Below the pieces are notes generated by a model, which was not told the origin of the DNA, did not search any database, and saw only the letters and a list, made by a program, of their open reading frames with translations. DNA of 43,631 nt from a virus (taxonomy: Duplodnaviria; Caudoviricetes): positions 1-43,631 of the IMG/VR virus record IMGVR_UViG_3300033148_001360. One strand, 5' to 3'. The translations under genes and the position numbers were made by a program. Shown one piece after another: positions 38,037 through 43,631 of the stretch. How positions within the stretch are numbered: position 1 is the first letter of the stretch; every line of letters begins with the position of its first letter.

Positions 38037-39536
38037 TCAATAGCCTGTTATATCGCTTGATTCGCCTTCGCTATAGTGATCGCTTTCTTCCCAGGCAGCT
38101 AGCTCCCAAAATGGTTTAGCCACTGCACGATCAAGGCCGCTCATAACTAAGTACCTCGTATCGTCCATCAGATGATCTTTCTGCTTAACGATGTGTCCTT
38201 TCTCATCCCGCCGATACAGCCTGAATTCCGCTAGCCAATTCACTAGCGAGCCAAATACTTTCAGCTTGTTCGTCGAGAGCATTTCCCAAGTCTTGTAAAG
38301 CCCTGCTTCAACTGACTTGTTTGCATTCTCAATGTCAAGGCCAAGATCGGAATAAATCTTAAACAGTTGCCGCCCATCTTCTTGCGAGCGCCCATGAGCA
38401 GCGCTGTCGATTACGCCTGGAATCCAAACTCCACGAGCCTTAATGCCTGCCGCATGAATGATTGGTTCCTTTTGACCCTGATAATACTCGGAGAACAAAT
38501 ACGTAATATTGCTGTCTGGATCAGTTGCGCCCCACAAGCAGGCAGTCATTTTCCACCCAACATCAAGCGCATAGCATTTGAGCCAATGATCAGGAATAGG
38601 AAAGTCTTTGACTACGATGTTACTTTCTTGGATCGGGAATATCGCACCTGAGCCAAGTTGTGGTATGCCTTTTGAACGAGCATCTCGCTGATGCGGTGGT
38701 AAGGCAGCAAACAGTTTATCTTTTTGTTTCTTGGTTAAGTGCGGCGCGTCGTCCCAAGTTGCTTGGACTAAAACTCGCCCAATGCTTTCTTCCTCGCTGA
38801 CTGGCTTTCCGCCTGGCATGAACTGCTCAACAGTTTCAGTAATGCCCGCTAATGGGGTGAAGGTAAGTATTACCAGACCATCTGTGGTCATTGTCCTTGT
38901 CAGGCACTCAGTATAAATATCGAGTGGACATTCTTCGTCAAGCCAGATAAAGTCTTGTTCAGTTCCTTCGAATGACTTACGCCCTTCTGCATATGACTTG
39001 ATCTTGCAGCGGCTAATGCCTCCTGATATATGCTTTACTAAGATCGTATCAACAGAGTTCGGTACGCCACCAGCTTTAGGCGTTGTCTTTATAATGTACT
39101 TCGCTGGTATCAGGCCAGTTCCACGCTCCTCTGGTGAGCCGACTAACTTGAACTGTACAATGTCTCGAGCTGTCGTGCTAGTTGTTCCAGCGGCCCATGC
39201 AGTTATTGCTCTGTCAAATCGGCGGCCCGTCCACCAATCAGGATACCGGCCTGTTAAGTGCAGCGTTAGTTCGTATGCGCCGACGCCCTCGGATTTACCG
39301 ACCCGATTCGCGGCCATCATACAGCGCTCAGGAAACTTGCTGCCGAGCGAAAAGAACTTCATATGTTTCGGATAATTATGTCTGCTTAGCGTTCCTGTTT
39401 CTGGATAGTACTGAACTATTTTATTTTGGTTCAGTCGAATGCTTTGTTCTTTCAGCAGCTTAACATACTGTTCTTTCTGCTCGCGAGACATGTTTGAAAC
39501 ATCAACAGCTCTTTCTGAGTTTTCCGATAATGGCAT
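38037..39536 (-). CDS. terL: Terminase large subunit
   Basis: Walker A 'AANRVGKS', Walker B 'IWLDEE', coupling motif 'TFTP', nuclease 'ALDVGW' and 'DHLMDDTRY'. Confidence 0.95.
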   Translation of the reverse strand: MPLSENSERAVDVSNMSREQKEQYVKLLKEQSIRLNQNKIVQYYPETGTLSRHNYPKHMKFFSLGSKFPERCMMAANRVGKSEGVGAYELTLHLTGRYPDWWTGRRFDRAITAWAAGTTSTTARDIVQFKLVGSPEERGTGLIPAKYIIKTTPKAGGVPNSVDTILVKHISGGISRCKIKSYAEGRKSFEGTEQDFIWLDEECPLDIYTECLTRTMTTDGLVILTFTPLAGITETVEQFMPGGKPVSEEESIGRVLVQATWDDAPHLTKKQKDKLFAALPPHQRDARSKGIPQLGSGAIFPIQESNIVVKDFPIPDHWLKCYALDVGWKMTACLWGATDPDSNITYLFSEYYQGQKEPIIHAAGIKARGVWIPGVIDSAAHGRSQEDGRQLFKIYSDLGLDIENANKSVEAGLYKTWEMLSTNKLKVFGSLVNWLAEFRLYRRDEKGHIVKQKDHLMDDTRYLVMSGLDRAVAKPFWELAAWEESDHYSEGESSDITGY

Positions 39537-39539
39537 GAG

Positions 39540-40235
39540 CTATTTTGGAGGAAAAATGTCTATTGATGTTTTAGTTAGCTCGCTAGGTAGCTCGCTGCCT
39601 AATACACTACCTAATAATATAGAAGAGCCTTCAGGAGGTTCATTAGAAGTATTGCCCAAGTTTGTTAGGGTAGGAGAATTTATGAGATTTTCTGAAGGCT
39701 CTTCTATATCATTAAGAGGTTCTTGTTCAGTTGAATTATATTCCGTAGCGTTGATTGTTTCAATAGTTGAAATTGCTTCCGCTTCAACTTCTTCCGCTTC
39801 AACTTCTGCTATTTTCGCAGTTGCGATGGAGTTTGCTAGTGCGTTGATTTCGGCATCGATTTCCTCGTCTGACTTCGATTGTAAGGTCATGTCGATGTTG
39901 ATTTTATCTGTTGGTTTGAAACCGTTTCGATCAAGGATGTCTTTTGCGGTATTGAATTGCACTGCATATGGAGCTTTGCCAGAGGGACTGAGGATACGCT
40001 CGAAGGCACTTAAGGCTGACGAGTTCATGCTGATTAACTGCTTTCGCACATCTAAAGTATTTTCTTTTGACTTGTCATGCAGGCCGCCCATGTAAGCTTG
40101 GCCGAGAGGTGAGCGCAGGATGCCAGAGATTGTGCTTTCGGCCATTGATAAGCGCTCGGCGATCTCGCAGTTCTTGAAACCAGAGAAGGCCATTTGGATT
40201 ATTGTGCGATGTTGATTGCGAAGTTCTTTAATCAT
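39540..40235 (-). CDS. terS: Terminase small subunit (N-terminal HTH, acidic tail)
   Basis: 'GFKNCEIAERLSMAESTISGIL' HTH, 'AKDILDRNGFK'; directly upstream of terL. Confidence 0.7.
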   Translation of the reverse strand: MIKELRNQHRTIIQMAFSGFKNCEIAERLSMAESTISGILRSPLGQAYMGGLHDKSKENTLDVRKQLISMNSSALSAFERILSPSGKAPYAVQFNTAKDILDRNGFKPTDKINIDMTLQSKSDEEIDAEINALANSIATAKIAEVEAEEVEAEAISTIETINATEYNSTEQEPLNDIEEPSENLINSPTLTNLGNTSNEPPEGSSILLGSVLGSELPSELTKTSIDIFPPK

Positions 40236-40287
40236 TTTATGGAGAAACTGTCCTTGCGATTTTTAGTGATTCTTTTTACCATGATGT

Positions 40288-40316
40288 AGCTTACATTGTT
40301 TGTGGAAAAAGTGCAA
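40288..40316 (-). promoter_or_regulatory. Candidate leftward promoter for the packaging/structural operon
   Basis: Minus strand TTGCAC-17 nt-TAAGCT. Confidence 0.4.
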
Positions 40317-40413
40317 GGGAAATGTTCATGGAGTGAAATGATTTATTTTGCTGTCAAATGCCGGCATTGGTTAGATTTTTTTGGGGAGATTTTTAGATTA
40401 TTACTGGAGTGAA

Positions 40414-40478
40414 ATGTTTTTAGATTATGTTTTTAGATTATGTTTTTAAATTATGATTTTAGATTATGATTTTAAAGC
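40414..40478. repeat. Tandem 13-bp repeat x5 (ATG[T/A]TTTTA[G/A]ATT)
   Basis: Units start at 40414, 40427, 40440, 40453 and 40466 (the last is degenerate). Confidence 0.85.
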
Positions 40479-40751
40479 TTAAAACACAAAGCTTACTGTT
40501 TTGCAATAACGTAGTTATTTGCTTGTGCTGGTTGTTCGCGATTACAGACTTTGAAATTGATTTTTTCCACAACTCAGTGCAGAAAGCACTAATCTGGTAT
40601 GGAAAACAGAGGCATCACTTACCACCCATTCACAAACCATCTAGGATTGTTCCCGTCCATAAGCTACCAGCCCTATACCATTAACAAACAAATAACTTTC
40701 TCGCAGCACACCACACCAAACAACAAAATAATTATTTATTTTAAAAACATG

Positions 40752-40780
40752 TTGACATCTTAAAACTATTTCAGTAACCT
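40752..40780 (+). promoter_or_regulatory. Sigma70-type early promoter P1
   Basis: TTGACA-17-TAACCT with an AT-rich upstream element. Confidence 0.7.
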
Positions 40781-40852
40781 AGCAGACATGGAAAGGAAAA
40801 CCGTCTTGATTGACTAACAACCTTATCATAAAAAGTAAGGTCAAAATAAAAC

Positions 40853-40881
40853 TTGACAAGCATTAACAACGTAACTATAGT
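40853..40881 (+). promoter_or_regulatory. Sigma70-type early promoter P2
   Basis: AAATAAAAC-TTGACA-17-TATAGT. Confidence 0.75.
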
Positions 40882-40940
40882 ATCTCATAGCAGGAAGGAA
40901 AGCGAGATAACTCGCACCAACAATAAAAAGGAATCTCATC

Positions 40941-41015
40941 ATGGAAGAGTTACTTGTCTTTATCAGCGTAACCGTAATACCAGTTCTTTATTATATCGCT
41001 TTAAGTTATCAATAA
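40941..41015 (+). CDS. 24-aa hydrophobic peptide
   Basis: MEELLVFISVTVIPVLYYIALSYQ; AAGGA RBS; lies behind P2. Confidence 0.5.
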   Translation: MEELLVFISVTVIPVLYYIALSYQ

Positions 41016-41023
41016 AATAAAAC

Positions 41024-41052
41024 TTGACAAAGGATAGCTCAGCCAGTATCCT
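41024..41052 (+). promoter_or_regulatory. Sigma70-type early promoter P3 with overlapping inverted repeat
   Basis: AAATAAAAC-TTGACA-17-TATCCT; ACAAAGGATA/TATCCTTTGT repeat at 41027-41056. Confidence 0.7.
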
Positions 41053-41130
41053 TTGTTATATCAGGAAAGAAAATGTTTTCAATCCTGACGCGAGATAACT
41101 CGCACAACATATCTAAAAGAGGTGATTATC

Positions 41131-41646
41131 ATGGCCGAATCAATTTTTGCAGTACTCGACACTTGCAGCACAGAAACTTCCGTACCAGCCGCCGGAAAAG
41201 ACGACAACGGTAAGACTATCATGGTAGCCCATGACTTGCCACGGGAACTTTTCCCAACATCCGAGCAATTCGAGTCAGGCGAGCAACTTCTCGAATGGTC
41301 TGAAGAAATCGGAGCGACTCACGCCATTCTTCAGCGAGGTATCCAGAAGTTTCTCATTGAAGCCCGCGCCACTTTCAAAGGATGTAAGAAAGATGATGTT
41401 TGGTCACAAGGATACGGTCAAGCTAACGTGGACGAGATGGAATGGAAAGCAATCCAACGACCTAACCAAGGAGGCAACAATAAAGCCATTGCCACAGCGG
41501 TTTTAAAGGAAACTGTAACCAATATGCAACTTATGATAGACGTTGCAGGTTTGGATGTCGCCAAAATCAGCGAAGTCTTACTTGATAAGTTTGATAATGA
41601 TGGGGCAATCGTCGAAGCCATTATGGTTCAGCTTAACTTCGCATAG
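41131..41646 (+). CDS. Early hypothetical protein
   Basis: GAGGTG RBS before ATG 41131; first long ORF after the promoters. Confidence 0.8.
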   Translation: MAESIFAVLDTCSTETSVPAAGKDDNGKTIMVAHDLPRELFPTSEQFESGEQLLEWSEEIGATHAILQRGIQKFLIEARATFKGCKKDDVWSQGYGQANVDEMEWKAIQRPNQGGNNKAIATAVLKETVTNMQLMIDVAGLDVAKISEVLLDKFDNDGAIVEAIMVQLNFA

Positions 41647-41660
41647 CCGAAACAAAACAA

Positions 41661-41692
41661 GCTAGTCAGGCAAGATCATTTGCTTGGCTAGT
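41661..41692 (+). terminator. Hairpin after the first early gene
   Basis: CTAGTCAGGCAA...TTGCTTGGCTAG imperfect inverted repeat. Confidence 0.45.
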
Positions 41693-41708
41693 TATATAGG
41701 GGAACACC

Positions 41709-41912
41709 ATGAAAATACTTATCCATAACATTAAATCAAAGAAACAAGCTCTCAAAGCGTGCAAATTTCTACAGGTTTTTACTTTATCTAATCCATACCC
41801 ACCTTTCGTACTATCAGCGAAAGAATATCATGGAGCATGTAGCGCAGAACTAATTAAACCCCGTAGTTACTTTTCCCCTCAGAAAAAATCATTATTGTAT
41901 TGTTATGGATAG
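41709..41912 (+). CDS. Hypothetical protein, possibly frameshifted (continues in the +1 frame to 42078)
   Basis: AGGGG RBS; overlapping open +1 frame 41854-42078. Confidence 0.5.
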   Translation: MKILIHNIKSKKQALKACKFLQVFTLSNPYPPFVLSAKEYHGACSAELIKPRSYFSPQKKSLLYCYG

Positions 41913-42145
41913 CCAAGCGTTTAAATATAATAAAGACATTGATAAAATGAGGCAAGCATTTAGCGACTTTGTTTCTGGATGGAATGCCGCGAAAAAGCTA
42001 AGCTGGCTTTTCTCGTTTGCCTCTTTCAACTTGCCGTTCACTTTTGAACACGCCTTGACACGCTGTTCGACTGATTAGCGCGGTTACGCAAGTCGGTATT
42101 TGCTCGCGTGTCACTTGCCCTTTCCATGTAAACAAGAAGTCGTAA

Positions 42146-42241
42146 ACAAGTCAACTACCCCCCCCTCACGGGGTGGTCTATGTTAGTATTTAATTTTTTT
42201 TTTAAATAGATGCATCGATAGGGGGGGGGTAGTTGACTTGT
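42146..42241. repeat. Inverted repeat with ~20-bp arms and an AT-rich spacer
   Basis: ACAAGTCAACTA-C(n) ... G(n)-TAGTTGACTTGT around a T-run. Confidence 0.85.
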
Positions 42242-42729
42242 ATACCGCATCCTGTTAACCATTTTGCAAGTTTTATTCTTTCACGCAAACACACAAAAGA
42301 AGCCCGTCACGACCTTTTCAACTACAACCATACAAACATACCCCTTTAACACCATAACGTCACCACGGCCACAAAAACCACCTAAAAACCACTACCGACG
42401 CCCAACCGACCGACCTTATCGCACCTTCACGGGCGAATCAACGTAAACACACCAACAACAAAACAACCACCACAACAAAACCCCTTGACACGCGACCACT
42501 GCCCGTGTTACGGTACACCACTAACTAACCGCAACAGCAAAACACGCTGCCGCCCAAACACTTTACTCAACATAACGGAGGTACATTATGCCCCTTGCTT
42601 ATTAAAGGTGAGCCATCTAATTACAGACCTGATAACCTGTCATTAGTTGCTTGATTTTAATAACAACCTGCGGCAAGTAAACATTTTACTCAAGCCAACT
42701 TATTACCTCAACACAAGGAAACGCCCATC

Positions 42730-42969
42730 ATGAAAAAGCCATCCAGTCAAACAAGCCAGCCAATCAATCAAACAACTCACCGAGACCTTCTCATCCGAGT
42801 AGTAAAAATCAATCACAAGATCTTTACCCTCATAAACAATCTTGCTGGCCAGTTTGCCCGCGCAGTCTGTCCAAACGGTCGAATCTGCTTCATCAATTTC
42901 ACTACACAAACCATCATGCATCGAGATGCAGCAGGTAGAATTCAATGCGAGCCATTCATTAGCTTTTAA
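42730..42969 (+). CDS. Hypothetical protein
   Basis: AAGGA RBS; 79 aa. Confidence 0.6.
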   Translation: MKKPSSQTSQPINQTTHRDLLIRVVKINHKIFTLINNLAGQFARAVCPNGRICFINFTTQTIMHRDAAGRIQCEPFISF

Positions 42970-43044
42970 CAAGCCAGTGAGCGAAAGCGAAAGCTCAACC
43001 AACTAACCTCATAAATAAGATAAACTAAACGAGGATTTATCATT

Positions 43045-43263
43045 GTGAAAATTATAAAAATAACTAGTCAACATAGACGCGATTTCACGGCAATTATTGA
43101 ATGCGAGAATTGTAATGAAACTGAAAAGTTGGTCAATGGTTACGACGATAACAATTATCATAGAAATGTTATCCCTAAAATGAAATGTAAGGCATGTGGT
43201 AAATCATCACCAGACCAGCACCAAGTGCTAACACCTAAATACGCTGAAAACGTGGTGGTTTAG
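43045..43263 (+). CDS. Zn-ribbon protein
   Basis: 'RRDFTAIIECENC...GYDD..YH..VIP.MKCKACG'; GAGGA RBS. Confidence 0.8.
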   Translation: MKIIKITSQHRRDFTAIIECENCNETEKLVNGYDDNNYHRNVIPKMKCKACGKSSPDQHQVLTPKYAENVVV

Positions 43264-43365
43264 CTAACTTTTACTTTTACTTATGCTCTTTTAGAAGAGG
43301 GCATAGCTAAGCGTAACAGAGCAAAAGCTCAAAAAGAGTAATCCAACCAATGGAGCAAACAAGCC

Positions 43366-43551
43366 ATGACAGCACTAAAAGCAACAATAATGAAGCGTGA
43401 CGATTTAACATCTGACGAAGCAGACGAGCTAATCTTAGAAGCTCGTGAAAAGCTAGACTATTTACTAAGCATTGGTGAGACTGAAGTCGCATACGATATT
43501 TGTGCGGCACACTTCGGCCTAGAGCCAGACTACATCACAGACTTAACATAA
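43366..43551 (+). CDS. Hypothetical phage protein
   Basis: 'IMKRDDLTSDEA...FGLEPDYI'; GGAG RBS. Confidence 0.75.
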   Translation: MTALKATIMKRDDLTSDEADELILEAREKLDYLLSIGETEVAYDICAAHFGLEPDYITDLT

Positions 43552-43598
43552 AAGAGCTAAAGCTCAATAACCTCAACAAAACAACAGGAGCTACAAAA

Positions 43599-43631
43599 AT
43601 GTCTCAATCAAACAGCCAAACATGCATCATC
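43599..43631 (+). CDS. Start of a gene truncated by the window end
   Basis: AGGAG RBS and ATG, open to the end of the window. Confidence 0.5.
   Translation, partial: MSQSNSQTCII

Larger units (their letters stand above)
1..43631. mobile_element. Tailed dsDNA bacteriophage genome segment (podovirus-like)
   Basis: Terminase, portal, scaffold and capsid cluster, lysis genes, PolA/primase replication module and dense small ORFs. No host housekeeping genes, integrase or tape measure seen. Confidence 0.95.

Noticed and set aside
11179-40095. Numerous + strand ORFs inside the structural operon (e.g. 11179..11538, 39439..40095)
   Set aside because: Antisense shadows of long minus-strand genes, with no RBS or motifs.
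40414-41110. CRISPR mini-array
   Set aside because: The repeats are either spacerless 13-mers or two 16-bp promoter-linked motifs; there is no repeat-spacer periodicity and no cas gene.
42264-42446. 60-aa ORF in the A/C-rich tract
   Set aside because: TTG start without an RBS; the Thr/Pro/Lys composition reflects nucleotide skew.
1-43631. Genome-wide stop-codon reassignment
   Set aside because: Long genes are intact in the standard code, and TAA, TAG and TGA all end genes at tight junctions.

Overview
The window is most of the genome of a tailed dsDNA bacteriophage, probably podovirus-like: no tape measure, tail tube or sheath, and several large ejection-type proteins. There are two convergent arms. 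The + strand arm (1-10.7 kb) covers DNA metabolism: a DPPY methyltransferase-like protein, a family A DNA polymerase with an N-terminal uracil-DNA-glycosylase-like domain and unusual active-site residues (His at the F762 position), a DUF3987-like P-loop protein, a DEDDh exonuclease, a RepB-type primase, a HAD phosphatase and ThyX. The - strand arm (10.8-40.2 kb) is the morphogenesis operon: TerS, TerL, portal, GroES, scaffold, major capsid protein, adaptor, tail fibres, a lysis cassette, tail proteins and a 1944-aa polyvalent ejection protein. A bidirectional terminator separates the arms. A non-coding control region (40.2-41.1 kb) has tandem repeats and three sigma70-type promoters, followed by small early genes and a long inverted repeat. 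No integrase, CRISPR array, reverse transcriptase or canonical tRNA was recognised. The most unusual items are (i) a tRNA-like, double T-loop structured element before the primase gene, (ii) the UDG-PolA with rewired motifs, (iii) a lysis cassette with a phospholipase-A2-like gene and an unannotated small lipoprotein instead of a recognisable spanin pair, and (iv) the ART/metallopeptidase-bearing giant protein. All calls come from reading motifs by eye; no searches were run.
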